A DNA stretch of 64,000 nt. Origin: Microcoleus sp. Its GTDB lineage: Bacteria > Cyanobacteriota > Cyanobacteriia > Cyanobacteriales > Microcoleaceae. Below are positions 39,901 through 50,322 of this stretch, one piece after another. The stretch lies in assembly GCA_052279835.1 (NCBI GenBank), contig CP181291.1, positions 3,616,001-3,680,000 on the forward strand, in the 5' to 3' direction. The translations under genes were made by a program, and so were the position numbers. Below the pieces are notes generated by a model. It searched no databases. It was not told the DNA's origin and was given only the letters and a program-made list of their open reading frames with translations. Numbering within the stretch: the stretch's first letter is position 1; each line of letters starts with the position of its first letter.

Positions 39901-40920
39901 CTAATGACTCCTGACTTTGGTTTGTTCGGTTTCGCCGTGGGCTTTTAGGAGTGCTGCAATTTTGCGTCGCATGATAATTCCCGGCTTATCTGTCAGCATA
40001 TGTTGTTCTTGGTTGATGTCGAGGGGAACGTCCCAATCTGTTGTTTCTAAAATGCGTTTGTCTTCTAATGTAACGGCGCGATCGAAGGCAATAATGTCGC
40101 TGGTTTTGGCATCGGCTTCGGTGTCGTTGCGGAGGCAAAATTGCACCATTTGAGAAGTGGAATCGTTAATCGGAGTCATGGTATTGACAATGATATGAAC
40201 AAGTCCATTTGGGTAAACAATCCTGAGTTTGACGGTAAATGGCATAAACCAAATTCCATCGATTGTCCGCACGGTTTCCTGTTCCTCCATTTTTAAGTTT
40301 TGCTGTTGCTGGGCGGGATTGACTACACCTAAAACGCTGTGATAGTGTAGTTCCCATTCTGTTTCTTGAAATTCCATTACATCCGGTGTAAGATGTGATT
40401 CACTGCCGAAGGTTGTGGTATGTACAAAAGTAGGATGAGCCATGTCTAATTCATTTTCCATTACTCGCAATCCTGCGCAATTCCATGGTTCGTAAAATTC
40501 GTGAATTTGGCGGTAGTTGGAGTCTGAAGCTTCGGGAATATCGGGAATATCTGTCAGGGGTTCTCCCAGACAAACCCAAGCGTATCCGTAGCGATCGCGC
40601 GTTTGGTATGCTTTTACTTTGTAGTTGGGAGAGATGGTGTCTTTTTGCTGCTGCGGAACGCAAACGCAGGTTCCAGATGAGTTAAATGTCCAGCCGTGGT
40701 ACGCACAGGAAATGTTACCATCGACAACTTTTCCTAGGGAAAGTTTGGCTGTGCGGTGACAGCATCTGTCTTCAACTGCTGCGGGTTTACCTTGGGAATC
40801 CAACCACAAAACTATGGGTTCGCCTAACAGTTCAAAAGATTTTGGTTCGCCGGACAATTCGGCGGTGCGAATTACTGGATACCAGAATTGTTTGAAAACA
40901 GGTTGCTTTGTAACTAACAT
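39901..40920 (-). CDS. Rieske non-heme iron oxygenase alpha subunit (HpxD/Ndm-like)
   Basis: DRCCHR...CAYHGW Rieske motif; ENELDMAHPTFVH and ED mononuclear Fe site. Confidence 0.85.
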   Translation of the reverse strand: MLVTKQPVFKQFWYPVIRTAELSGEPKSFELLGEPIVLWLDSQGKPAAVEDRCCHRTAKLSLGKVVDGNISCAYHGWTFNSSGTCVCVPQQQKDTISPNYKVKAYQTRDRYGYAWVCLGEPLTDIPDIPEASDSNYRQIHEFYEPWNCAGLRVMENELDMAHPTFVHTTTFGSESHLTPDVMEFQETEWELHYHSVLGVVNPAQQQQNLKMEEQETVRTIDGIWFMPFTVKLRIVYPNGLVHIIVNTMTPINDSTSQMVQFCLRNDTEADAKTSDIIAFDRAVTLEDKRILETTDWDVPLDINQEQHMLTDKPGIIMRRKIAALLKAHGETEQTKVRSH

Positions 40921-41052
40921 ATTCTCTCCTATCCTAAATAATAATTAAACCATTCTTCCCTCTTCCCTCTTCCCCCTTCCCTCTTCTTTCTTCCCTCTTC
41001 CCTCTTCTTTCCCCCCTTGGGGGGGGTAGGGGGGGGTTCTTCTTCCCTCTAT

Positions 41053-41415
41053 TTAACTACCACGATAGGTACTATAAGACCAAGGAGAAACTAGCAAAGG
41101 TACGTGATAATGTGCGGTGATATCGGCGATGCCGAATTGAATCGGAATGCTATTTAAAAACGGCGGATCGGGCAAATTTTCCGTGTATTGTGCGAAGTAT
41201 TCGCCAACGGAAAAGACTAATTCGTAAACTCCTGGTTTGAGTTCGCTTTCTGATAGTAACGGGGCTGCCGTGCGGCCATCGGCATTCGTTGTTACAGTTT
41301 TCAACAGGGTTTTTGCGCCGGATTTTGGGTCAATTGAATGCAGGGCGATCGACATATTTGCGGCCGGACACCCGCGGGCTGTGTCGAGAACATGAGTAGT
41401 AAGTTTTCCTGACAT
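41053..41415 (-). CDS. uraH: 5-hydroxyisourate hydrolase
   Basis: [36 protein letters not shown]. Confidence 0.97.
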   Translation of the reverse strand: MSGKLTTHVLDTARGCPAANMSIALHSIDPKSGAKTLLKTVTTNADGRTAAPLLSESELKPGVYELVFSVGEYFAQYTENLPDPPFLNSIPIQFGIADITAHYHVPLLVSPWSYSTYRGS

Positions 41416-41609
41416 TATTGAATGATTGATTAACTGCTAATTTCTACTCGTCAACTCGTTCAACTCGTTACCAGGCAGAGCCTGGTAACGCAGATCCAGA
41501 GGCTCTGCCTCCATTTTTGCTGTTTTAAAAGCGAGGCAGAGCCTCTGGATATCGGTTCCCAGGCTCTGCCTGGGAACCAGACTAACCAGACTAACGGCGC
41601 TAGTTTCTA

Positions 41610-42770
41610 TTAGTGTAACGGACCGGCTGAGATGACTTTGGCGATCGCATCGGTGACATCAGTTGGTCGTTCATAGGCTAATTGTGCGTACCATTTTTCT
41701 GTGACTATCGGATCTTTGCCGTGTATTTGTTCCGCGCGCTGTCGGGCTTTTTCGACAACGGCATTGGCCCGCTGTTTGCGCTCGGTTTCGTAACGTTTGA
41801 GGGCGTATTCTACCCCTAAATTCGTACTCAAAAGGTAGTTGGTGAGTACCAGCCCATCTTCCATGGCTTGACAGCCTCCTTGGCCGAGATCCGGGCAGGT
41901 GGCGTGGGCGGAATCTCCCAGCAAAGCTACTTTACCGCGAACGAAAGAGTCGATCGGTCCTACGTCGTGAATTTCCGGCCGCGCCACCGCTGCGGGATCT
42001 AACCTATCTATCAGCAACTGCACGGGTTCTGCCCAACCTTTAAAGTGTTCTTTGAGTTCCGTTTTGTAATTATCGGGATTAGCGGGAGTGCCTTTGGGTA
42101 AGGGAACATCTAAGAAAAAGTAAAATCTATCCCCCGCCACTGGCATCATTGATGCCCGTTTGTGCTCGCCGACATATATCGCCCAAGTGTTTTTCGGCGC
42201 GAGTTCGGCATCGGCTGGAACTAGCCCATTCCAGTTGATATAACCGCCGTATTTTGGTTCTACTTCGTAGCCCAATACATAGGTACGCAAAATCGATCGC
42301 ACGCCGTCAGCAGCCACTAATAAATCGCCCTGGGCTTTGTCTCCATTTTCAAAAATTGCTGTTACTTTGTTTTCATCTTCTTCTACGGCGATACATTTGC
42401 GATCGAGCTTGACTTCTCCTTGAAACGCCGAGCGCAACATATTTTGCAAATCCCGGCGCGCAACGGGATAGGGGCGCTGACCCACTTGTTCAATTAGTGG
42501 CATTAAATCGATGTCGTTAAGGAGTTCGCCGGTTTTGGTGCGGTATTCCATGCGCTCCATTTGCCCGCCGATTTTTGCCATTTCTTCGCCTAAGCCGAGG
42601 CGGTTGAGAACTTTGACTCCATTCGACCATAGGGAGATGCCTGCTCCGGCGGGGCGCAGTTCTTTTACGCGATCGTAAATTTCCACTTGATAGCCCGCTT
42701 GTTGTAGGGCAATTCCCGCAGTTAAGCCGCCAATTCCTGCACCGATAATGACAACTTTCAAGTCCTGCAT
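41610..42770 (-). CDS. hpxO: FAD-dependent urate hydroxylase
   Basis: GAGIGG, GAGISLWSNGVK, GQRPYPVAR, Y.GYINWNGLV, LLGDSAH.TCPDLGQGGCQAMED; adjacent to uraH and uraD. Confidence 0.9.
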   Translation of the reverse strand: MQDLKVVIIGAGIGGLTAGIALQQAGYQVEIYDRVKELRPAGAGISLWSNGVKVLNRLGLGEEMAKIGGQMERMEYRTKTGELLNDIDLMPLIEQVGQRPYPVARRDLQNMLRSAFQGEVKLDRKCIAVEEDENKVTAIFENGDKAQGDLLVAADGVRSILRTYVLGYEVEPKYGGYINWNGLVPADAELAPKNTWAIYVGEHKRASMMPVAGDRFYFFLDVPLPKGTPANPDNYKTELKEHFKGWAEPVQLLIDRLDPAAVARPEIHDVGPIDSFVRGKVALLGDSAHATCPDLGQGGCQAMEDGLVLTNYLLSTNLGVEYALKRYETERKQRANAVVEKARQRAEQIHGKDPIVTEKWYAQLAYERPTDVTDAIAKVISAGPLH

Positions 42771-42866
42771 TCTTGGTTTCTCCTACTGAATGATATTTAA
42801 TTTCAAAAATTGATAGCGGTTAAATAGTTATTGTCTTTCTTCTGCCATAACCTTAAAAGCTACTAT

Positions 42867-42910
42867 ATTTTATCACATCCTATTGTTTTTTTTACTGTAT
42901 CACAAATTAC
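42867..42910 (-). promoter_or_regulatory. Putative NtcA-activated promoter of hpxO
   Basis: GTA-TCACAAAT-TAC at 42897-42910; on the minus strand TAAAAT (42872-42867) follows after 24 nt. Confidence 0.55.
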
Positions 42911-43027
42911 TAATTACTGATAAATCCTGGTGGTTTTACTCATCAATTATGCGGCCGTTGAAACTATAACTACAGAAAATTTTGTCTTAGCATAGGGGAA
43001 CTCAAGAATAGAGGCAGCATCTAAGTC

Positions 43028-44251
43028 CTACTCAGCTATAAATTTTGTTAACTCGCCCAGGTTTTGCTGAATCGTATTGATGCCGCGCAGGTGCGAAAGA
43101 GTTGAACCTCCATACAAGAAGCTATTTAAGCTGACTTGATAGTTTTGCTGAACTGCTAAATCCAGCCACAAATTATTAATCGCATCTCCCGGTTTGTAGT
43201 CGGGAATGTTGTGCTGGTAGTAAGGAAAACTGTCAATGCAAGTATTGAAAAAGTTCTTGCGCCCGCAATGCTTTAAATACTGATATCGCGGTTTGAATTC
43301 TGTGCGATTTTCCAATACTGTATATATAGTATCAGCTAAAGATTCTGGGTCGAATTTAGCATACAGCCCTGCACCTTTGGGGAAAACAGGCGAGTTTCCT
43401 CTGGCATATTGGTTAAATTCTTCAAAACAAATTACTGGTACGTTGCAACTCATGGCTTCGGTGATGCCTCTGTTTTTTCCTTCGAGGAGGGAACCAAGGA
43501 CAAATGCTTTGGCTCGCGAATAATACAGAGGCATTTCGTTGTAGTAATCAACTCTCGGCAATAAGTTGATGTAGTCTGAGGGATTACCTAAAATTGTCTC
43601 GACTTGCTGCCATTCTTTTAAGGCGTACTCGTCGAGGGTTTTGAGATTGTTTGCATCAAAATCGTGTCCGCTGACTACTGTTAATTTTATTGGTTTTTGC
43701 GGGTATTTTTGGCGGTATATTTTTAAGGCTTTGGCGATTTGGGGTAAGTTTTTTTCTTCGGAAATGCGGGCGACTGCTAGTAAGTCTATGTCTTTTTCAG
43801 GGACGTTTCTGGGGGAAATTAGGTATTCGTTGATAAAGTCGGTGTCTTGTAGTGGTATAATTGGTTTGTGGGCGCGATCGGGATAAGTTTCGCGAAACCA
43901 TTTCTCGCGTTGTGGGTTTTTGTACAAGCTGGAATAGGCCTCCGCTACCGGGGCCCAAGAATAGGAGATTCCGGGAGAATAGGTAAAGGCAAAAAATACT
44001 GATTCAAGTTGGGGAAAGAGTTTTTTGATGAGTTCGACTCCTTCGCTGAAGTAAATGCCTTTGATGAATTTTCCTTCGTAAAACAATGGGGGAAGTAAGA
44101 CGTAGAAACTTACTGTATCGAAGCGGTGAGGTTGATCCTCGAATATTTCCCAGCTAAAGGCGTCTAAGTCTGCATAAATCTCGGCGATTGGTTTGTTGAT
44201 GTGGGGGTTGCTTAAATATGGTTTTTGTCGATCGTAGTTTCCGCGTACCAT
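43028..44251 (-). CDS. Glycosyltransferase (GT-B, family 4-like)
   Basis: VARISEEKNL, YYSRAKAFVLGSLLEG..RGITEAMSCNVPVI. Confidence 0.8.
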   Translation of the reverse strand: MVRGNYDRQKPYLSNPHINKPIAEIYADLDAFSWEIFEDQPHRFDTVSFYVLLPPLFYEGKFIKGIYFSEGVELIKKLFPQLESVFFAFTYSPGISYSWAPVAEAYSSLYKNPQREKWFRETYPDRAHKPIIPLQDTDFINEYLISPRNVPEKDIDLLAVARISEEKNLPQIAKALKIYRQKYPQKPIKLTVVSGHDFDANNLKTLDEYALKEWQQVETILGNPSDYINLLPRVDYYNEMPLYYSRAKAFVLGSLLEGKNRGITEAMSCNVPVICFEEFNQYARGNSPVFPKGAGLYAKFDPESLADTIYTVLENRTEFKPRYQYLKHCGRKNFFNTCIDSFPYYQHNIPDYKPGDAINNLWLDLAVQQNYQVSLNSFLYGGSTLSHLRGINTIQQNLGELTKFIAE

Positions 44252-44330
44252 ATAGTTTTTAGTATGATTGTCTGGCTTTTTTTATTTAACCACAGAGGGC
44301 GCAGAGGGCGCAGAGGGGAGGAAGGGAGGT

Positions 44331-45194
44331 TTATTCTGGTGATTGGTTGTCGTCTAGTGTGAGGGCGAGTTGGTAGATTTGGCGGCGGGGGAGGGATGTT
44401 TGTTGGGCTAGTTGGCGGCTGGCTTGGGAACGGCTTATTCCTTCACTGATTAATGTTTGTAATTCGGCTTTGATGGCGGATTCGGAGAATACTGGGGCTG
44501 CTGTTTGGATGCCGCCGATGATGAGGGTAAATTCTCCTTTGGGTTCATTATTTGTGTAAAGTTCGATCGCACTTTCGATACTACCACGCCAAAACTCTTC
44601 GTGCATCTTGGTCAACTCCCTCGCTAACACAATCTGTCTGTCACTTCCCAGACTATTTGCTAAATCTTGTAAAGTTTGTCGCAATCGGTGGGGAGATTCG
44701 TATAAGATAATGGTGCGGGATTCTATTTGCAAAGCTTCTAAACTTTGTTGGCGTTCTTGACCTTTCGCGGGCAAGAAACCTTCAAATACAAATCTGTCGG
44801 TGGGTAATCCTGATGCACTTATTCCTACTATGCAAGCGCAGGCTCCGGGAATGGGGATGATGTTAATGTTAGCATCAGCGCAAGCTTTGACTAACTCGGA
44901 ACCAGGATCGGAAATTCCGGGCATTCCAGCATCTGTAACTAGGGCGATATCTTTGCCTAAAAGCAGTTTGTCGATGAGTTCGGGAAGTCGTTGATGTCGG
45001 TTGTGTTCGTGATAGCTGATTTGGGGAGTGGTGATTTGGAAATGTTGCAAAAGTTTACCTGTATGGCGAGTATCTTCCGCGGCAATCAAGTCGGCTGCTT
45101 GCAAAATTTTGATGGCGCGAAAAGTCATGTCTTCGAGGTTGCCGATCGGGGTTCCGACGATGTAAAGTGTTCCTGTATGGGGATTTGCTTGCAT
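44331..45194 (-). CDS. rsmI: 16S rRNA (cytidine1402-2'-O)-methyltransferase
   Basis: LYIVGTPIGNLEDMTFRA, EDTR, DAGMPGISDPG, FEGFLP, YESPHR, ARELTKMHEE. Confidence 0.97.
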   Translation of the reverse strand: MQANPHTGTLYIVGTPIGNLEDMTFRAIKILQAADLIAAEDTRHTGKLLQHFQITTPQISYHEHNRHQRLPELIDKLLLGKDIALVTDAGMPGISDPGSELVKACADANINIIPIPGACACIVGISASGLPTDRFVFEGFLPAKGQERQQSLEALQIESRTIILYESPHRLRQTLQDLANSLGSDRQIVLARELTKMHEEFWRGSIESAIELYTNNEPKGEFTLIIGGIQTAAPVFSESAIKAELQTLISEGISRSQASRQLAQQTSLPRRQIYQLALTLDDNQSPE

Positions 45195-45243
45195 TTTAAG
45201 ATGTAGATTTTTTCACCGCAGATAAACGCGGATTAACGCAGAT

Positions 45244-46101
45244 ATGAAAACCGGATTATTTTTGGGATTGGGGACTTTGGATTTAATTTATTTGGCCCAG
45301 CAGCCTCCAGGTGAAAATCAAAAAGTTGTTGCTTCCGATTGTACCATTGCAGCGGGCGGGCCGGCGGCGAATGCTGCGGTGACTTTTAGTTATTTGGGGA
45401 ATAGGGCGATATGGGCTGGGGTTTTGGGCACTCATGCGATCGCCCAATTAATTAAAAATGACCTGGCTGAGTATAATGTGAGCATAATCGATTTAGGACT
45501 GAGGCGATCGGACCCACCGCCAGTTTCTTCAATTATTGTAACTCAAGGCACCGGAGAGCGATCGGTAATCTCGATGAATGCTACAAAATCCCAGGTTGAC
45601 ACTCAAACAATTAACCCGGATATTTTAACATCAGTTAATATTGTCCTGATAGACGGACACCAAATATTAGCCAGCACACACATTGCTAAAATTGCCAAGT
45701 CCCAGAACATCCCAATGGTACTCGACGGAGGCAGTTGGAAACCAGGATTAGACGAAATATTACCATTTATCGAATGGGCTATATGCTCCGATAATTTTCA
45801 TCCACCCAACTGCTACAACCCAGAAGAAGTGTTTGCTTATTTATCAGCAGCCGGAATTCCAAATATTGCCATCACTCGTGGCGAAAAACCGATTTTATAC
45901 CTCAGAAATGGCAACTATGGCAGTTTAGAAATACCTCCAATTCAAGCCACAGACACTTTAGGTGCTGGCGATATTTTTCACGGAGCTTTTTGTCACTATA
46001 TTATGCAAAAAGACTTTACAGACAGTCTCAGCGCAGCCACCCAAATCGCTGCTGATTCCTGCCAAGAATTCGGAACCCGTAACTGGATAAAAAATAATTA
46101 A
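45244..46101 (+). CDS. PfkB family carbohydrate kinase
   Basis: GGPAANAA and DTLGAGDIFHGAF signatures. Confidence 0.92.
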   Translation: MKTGLFLGLGTLDLIYLAQQPPGENQKVVASDCTIAAGGPAANAAVTFSYLGNRAIWAGVLGTHAIAQLIKNDLAEYNVSIIDLGLRRSDPPPVSSIIVTQGTGERSVISMNATKSQVDTQTINPDILTSVNIVLIDGHQILASTHIAKIAKSQNIPMVLDGGSWKPGLDEILPFIEWAICSDNFHPPNCYNPEEVFAYLSAAGIPNIAITRGEKPILYLRNGNYGSLEIPPIQATDTLGAGDIFHGAFCHYIMQKDFTDSLSAATQIAADSCQEFGTRNWIKNN

Positions 46102-46203
46102 TCATCAAGTAAAACTTACCAAAACATCCGGGAAAAACCACTCCCAGCCAGAAAACTTGAACAGACAACACTCCCTAAGTTAAAATCATAAAAACAACCC
46201 CGA

Positions 46204-46512
46204 CAAAAATTGTAAACTTCATCCCAATCTTCCTTCGCGCCCTTTGCGCCTTCGCGGTTCGCTAAAATTGCTATACTTAGTCCCAAAACAACATACCAAA
46301 ATCATGCAAAAATTGTAAACTTCATCCCAATCTTCCTTCACGCCCTTTGCGCCTTCGCGGTTCGCTAAAATAGCTATACTTAGTCCCAAAACAACATACC
46401 AAAATCATGCAAAAATTGTAAACTTCATCCCAATCTTCCTTCACGCCCTTTGCGCCTTCGCGGTTCGCTAAAATAGCTATACTTAGTCCCAAAACAACAT
46501 ACCAAAATTATG
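46204..46512 (+). repeat. Three tandem 103-bp copies of the promoter/start region of the downstream JmjC gene
   Basis: Units start at 46204, 46307 and 46410; each contains CTATACT and ends in ATG. Confidence 0.93.
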
Positions 46513-47634
46513 CCTGATACCCAACCCCTAACCATCACACTTCCCCCTTTGCGGATTACCATGACTGACCAACAGCAGGTTAATCTAGAATGGCTGACGC
46601 AAAACCTGCAAAATCTACTTACTCCAAGCAAAAAAGAAGTCCCCGACAACATGAGACAGTGGGTAGCAGCCAACAAATTATTAAATAAACCCGATGCCGA
46701 AATCATTCAAGCCCTAGTAAGTACGGGTATAGATGCAGAAACAGCCACAGCCGAAGTTCGGGAAATATCCTCTCACCCCTACTTCCAAGCCGGTAGTCAA
46801 TACGTGCAGTTATTGCAGAAATTAGAATCCCAACTTACCATTAACAATCAATTAGCAGCCCTGTCTGCAAAATACGGGACAATCGAACGCAAGAGCAGCC
46901 TTTCACGAGAATATTTCTTAGAAAATTACTACGCCAAAAATACGCCAGTAATTATTACGAACATTATGCACAATTGGAAAGCGTTGCAGTTGTGGACACC
47001 GGAGTATTTGCAGCAAAAATACGGCGATGCAGAGGTGCAAATTCAAGTCAACCGGAACTCTGACCCGGATTACGAAATTAAAATCGAAAATCACAAAAAA
47101 ACTGTATTATTCCGCGAATACGTGGATATGGTGGTCAATGGTGGCCCCACCAATGACTGCTACATGGTGGCTAACAACCAAACTCTGGAAAGAGCGGAAT
47201 TCAAACCTCTATTTAATGACATCGAAATTTTTCCAGAATACTTAAATCCTGCGGAAACAAGCGGCAGAGTTTTCTTTTGGTTCGGTCCAAAAGGTACGAT
47301 TACGCCCCTACACCATGACCCAGTTAATTTAATTTTAGCGCAAGTTTCGGGTCGGAAATTAATTAAATTAATTTGTCCCCAACAAACACCTCTGCTTTAC
47401 AATCATGTGGGCGTTTTTAGTAAGGTGGATGGCGAAAATCCCGATTATGAAAAGTATCCTCTTTACAGAGAGGCGAAAATCATTGAAGTAATTTTGGAAC
47501 CGGGAGAAGCTATCTTTATTCCTGTGGGTTGGTGGCATCATGTAAAATCCTTGGATGTGAGTATTTCGGTTTCGTTTACTAATTTTGTATTTCCCAATTA
47601 TTATGAGTGGAAATATCCTCATATTAATTGGTAA
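46510..47634 (+). CDS. JmjC / Cupin_8 2OG-Fe(II) oxygenase
   Basis: WTPEYL, FWFGPKGTITPLHHD, QVSGRK, LEPGEAIFIPVGWWHHV (HxD...H triad). Confidence 0.9.
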   Translation: MPDTQPLTITLPPLRITMTDQQQVNLEWLTQNLQNLLTPSKKEVPDNMRQWVAANKLLNKPDAEIIQALVSTGIDAETATAEVREISSHPYFQAGSQYVQLLQKLESQLTINNQLAALSAKYGTIERKSSLSREYFLENYYAKNTPVIITNIMHNWKALQLWTPEYLQQKYGDAEVQIQVNRNSDPDYEIKIENHKKTVLFREYVDMVVNGGPTNDCYMVANNQTLERAEFKPLFNDIEIFPEYLNPAETSGRVFFWFGPKGTITPLHHDPVNLILAQVSGRKLIKLICPQQTPLLYNHVGVFSKVDGENPDYEKYPLYREAKIIEVILEPGEAIFIPVGWWHHVKSLDVSISVSFTNFVFPNYYEWKYPHINW

Positions 47635-47640
47635 TTTTCA

Positions 47641-47858
47641 GGGGCGGGCATGGGGCACCGCCCCTACAGAAGTTCTCTCGTTACTAGGCTCTGCCTAGTA
47701 ACGCATATCTAGAGGCTCTGCCTCGGATTATACTAACAGGAAGAAGGAGGCAGAGCCTCCGGGCAGGCATTCCCAGGCAGAGCCTGGGAACGAGTAAACA
47801 GGAAGAAGGAGGCAGAGCCTCCGGGCAGGCATTCCCAGGCAGAGCCTGGGAACGAGTA
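47641..47858. repeat. REP-like hairpin plus GGCAGAGCC-family repeat cluster
   Basis: GGGGCGG...CCGCCCCTAC, then CTCGTTACTAGGCTCTGCCTAGTAACG and two tandem inverted copies. Confidence 0.85.
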
Positions 47859-47889
47859 TGATTAAGCTAATATTAGGGGAAGTTTGAGG

Positions 47890-48768
47890 ATGAAAAATCT
47901 CGAAGAAATCAGCGAAATTGTGCGATCGATCGCCTGGGGTGCATCAGATATCCTACAATCCTATTATCGCCAGGATTCCCAGACTCCCAACCTCGACATC
48001 CAAGAACAAAAAGATGGGCCAGTCACCGCCGCCGATGTCGCTGTCAATAGTTACATTCTCGCTGAATTACAATCAGCTTTAGGGAATGCAGAATTTGGGT
48101 ATCTTAGCGAAGAAACTTACAAAGCTTATTTAGAAATTCACGGGCAAATTCCCTTACCTCAAAGTTGGGTTTGGATTATTGACCCTTTGGATGGAACGCG
48201 GGATTTTATTGATAGGACAGGGGAATTTGCAGTTCATATTGCTTTAGCATACCACGGAAGACCTGTTTTGTCAGTGGTGGCTTGGCCGGAACAACAAAAG
48301 ATTTTTTACGCCATCAAAGATGCTGGTGCTTTTGTGGAAAGTCGAGATGGTTCTACGGTAAAGTTGCAGGTTTCTGAGCGCAATCTAGTACGAGATTTAT
48401 CGATAGTAACCAGTCGCAGTCACCGGGACGATCGCTTTAATAAATTATTGCATAAACTGCCTTGTCAAAATCAACTAGCTGTCGGTAGCATCGGCTGTAA
48501 AGTTGCGACAATTGTGGAACAAAGGGCTGATGTTTATATTGCGCTGTCGGGAAAGTCTGCGCCTAAAGATTGGGATTTGGCGGCACCGGAATTGATTTTG
48601 ACGGAAGCGGGGGGCCGATTTACTCGTTTTGACGGTTCTGCTTTGCAATATAACCGGGGAGATGTGAGTCAGTGGGGGGGATTGTTGGCTAGTAACGGTT
48701 GCTGTCACGCTGCTTTGTGTGGGGAAGCTGAGGCGATTTTAGCAGGGATAGATGGAAGTTTGAAATAA
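47890..48768 (+). CDS. cysQ: 3'(2'),5'-bisphosphate nucleotidase / inositol monophosphatase family
   Basis: PVTAAD, LSEE, WIIDPLDGTRDF, WDLAAPELILTEAGG. Confidence 0.8.
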   Translation: MKNLEEISEIVRSIAWGASDILQSYYRQDSQTPNLDIQEQKDGPVTAADVAVNSYILAELQSALGNAEFGYLSEETYKAYLEIHGQIPLPQSWVWIIDPLDGTRDFIDRTGEFAVHIALAYHGRPVLSVVAWPEQQKIFYAIKDAGAFVESRDGSTVKLQVSERNLVRDLSIVTSRSHRDDRFNKLLHKLPCQNQLAVGSIGCKVATIVEQRADVYIALSGKSAPKDWDLAAPELILTEAGGRFTRFDGSALQYNRGDVSQWGGLLASNGCCHAALCGEAEAILAGIDGSLK

Positions 48769-48871
48769 TTTGGTGGGGACTTTTGTACTGTTTCTTAAGC
48801 CCCTAGGGAAATTTATGTCACGGGGAGTCAGGAGATATTTGCATTGAATTTTGGTAGATTATTAAGAAGTC

Positions 48872-49099
48872 CTAAAAATCTATTTCATCTTCTAAAATCT
48901 CGATCGACAAATCCATTTTCTCCTTTCCCCGCGCCAAAAAATTTTCGCACTGCTGCAAACACTCGACAGCTACCGAAAATTCCTCGAAAACCTGTTCCAG
49001 AGGCAATTCTCCCGATTCCACTCGCTCAATTATTGCTTCTATGCGATCGACTGTTTCTTCATAATTCCAGTCTGACTGGCGCAAGGGCGAATTAATCAT
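48872..49099 (-). CDS. xseB: Exodeoxyribonuclease VII small subunit
   Basis: [23 protein letters not shown]; overlaps xseA. Confidence 0.92.
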   Translation of the reverse strand: MINSPLRQSDWNYEETVDRIEAIIERVESGELPLEQVFEEFSVAVECLQQCENFLARGKEKMDLSIEILEDEIDF

Positions 49100-50265
49100 A
49101 ACTTTTCTGTCGCCTCCAATATTTCTACAATCTTAACTTTCACCACGCCCCGACTCAATTTCAGCGTCAATTCCTCTCCCAACACTAAACCCTCGGTGCT
49201 ACGGACGATCGTACCATCACTTTGGATCGCCGCAGCGTAACCCCTTTCCAAAACCGCTGCGGGATTTAATGCTGATAACTTTTGTTGCAGCACTTCCAAT
49301 TTACCACTGGCTTGCTGCAAAGTTCGGGAGGTTACAGGTAAACGCTTTAATCGATTTTGCAGTAGTTGTAAATGCTTTTCTTCTTTTTGGAATCTGGATC
49401 TGACAACCTGTGCTAAATTGATGACTCGCTGTCGATGTTGGAAGTAAATATCTGCTAAATTAGGTACGGCTTGTTCAGCCGCAGCCGTGGAAGTGTGAGC
49501 TCGCTTGTCGGCAACTAAATCGGCTAGGGATTCATCTCTTTCGTGGCCGATGCCAGTTATAATCGGAATCGCACAATTGCCGATCGCCCTTACCACTCGC
49601 TCATCATTAAAACAGGCCAAATCTTCCGCAGCACCCCCACCCCGCCCTAAAACGATCACATCCGCCCTACCATCCAATTCTACGCGGGCGATCGCCCTAA
49701 CAATCTCAGCAGGAGCCGATTCTCCCTGCACCGCTGTGGGCGATAACAACACCTGCAAACGCGGATATCTTTGAGTTAGGGTGCGCTGAATGTCTCCCCA
49801 AGCTGCACTGGTATCGGATGTTACCACTGCCACAATTTTTGGGTGTGCCGGGAGTGGGCGTTTGTTAGCGGGAGAGAACAAACCCTCAGCATCCAAGCGC
49901 GATCGTAATTGTTCCAATCGCAAGGCTTGTAAGCCTTCCCCGGCGATTACACATTCGGAAACAGTCAACTGGTACTCGCCACGAACTTTGTAAACTCGGA
50001 GGCTTCCCAATACCAGCAATTTCGCTCCTTTTGTGGGTTTCTCTAGTAATTTTGGCCGCTGAGATTTCCAGACTACGCAGCGAATAGCAGCGCTTTTGTC
50101 GGCATCGCAGAGGGTGAAATAGGTGCCGCTGGGGTGTTCGGAAACGCTGGCGACCTCCCCTGTCACCCACAGGGATTGCAAGCGGCGATCGCCCTCTAAC
50201 AAGTCTTGGAGGTAAGATGTTAGTCGAGCAACAGATAAAGCTTTGTCGGAAATAGTTGAAGTCAT
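49096..50265 (-). CDS. xseA: Exodeoxyribonuclease VII large subunit
   Basis: WVTGEV, SGTYFTL, VVTS, VQGESA, RGGG..EDL.CFNDE, GIGHERD, LERGYA. Confidence 0.95.
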   Translation of the reverse strand: MTSTISDKALSVARLTSYLQDLLEGDRRLQSLWVTGEVASVSEHPSGTYFTLCDADKSAAIRCVVWKSQRPKLLEKPTKGAKLLVLGSLRVYKVRGEYQLTVSECVIAGEGLQALRLEQLRSRLDAEGLFSPANKRPLPAHPKIVAVVTSDTSAAWGDIQRTLTQRYPRLQVLLSPTAVQGESAPAEIVRAIARVELDGRADVIVLGRGGGAAEDLACFNDERVVRAIGNCAIPIITGIGHERDESLADLVADKRAHTSTAAAEQAVPNLADIYFQHRQRVINLAQVVRSRFQKEEKHLQLLQNRLKRLPVTSRTLQQASGKLEVLQQKLSALNPAAVLERGYAAAIQSDGTIVRSTEGLVLGEELTLKLSRGVVKVKIVEILEATEKL

Positions 50266-50322
50266 CGACCGTCGTAACGAAAGGCAAATCTAGGCTAATA
50301 TATCTAAGGTGATTTATTCAAC

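Noticed and set aside
46204..46512. CRISPR array
   Set aside because: The units are contiguous 103-bp near-identical copies with no unique spacers, and there are no cas genes.
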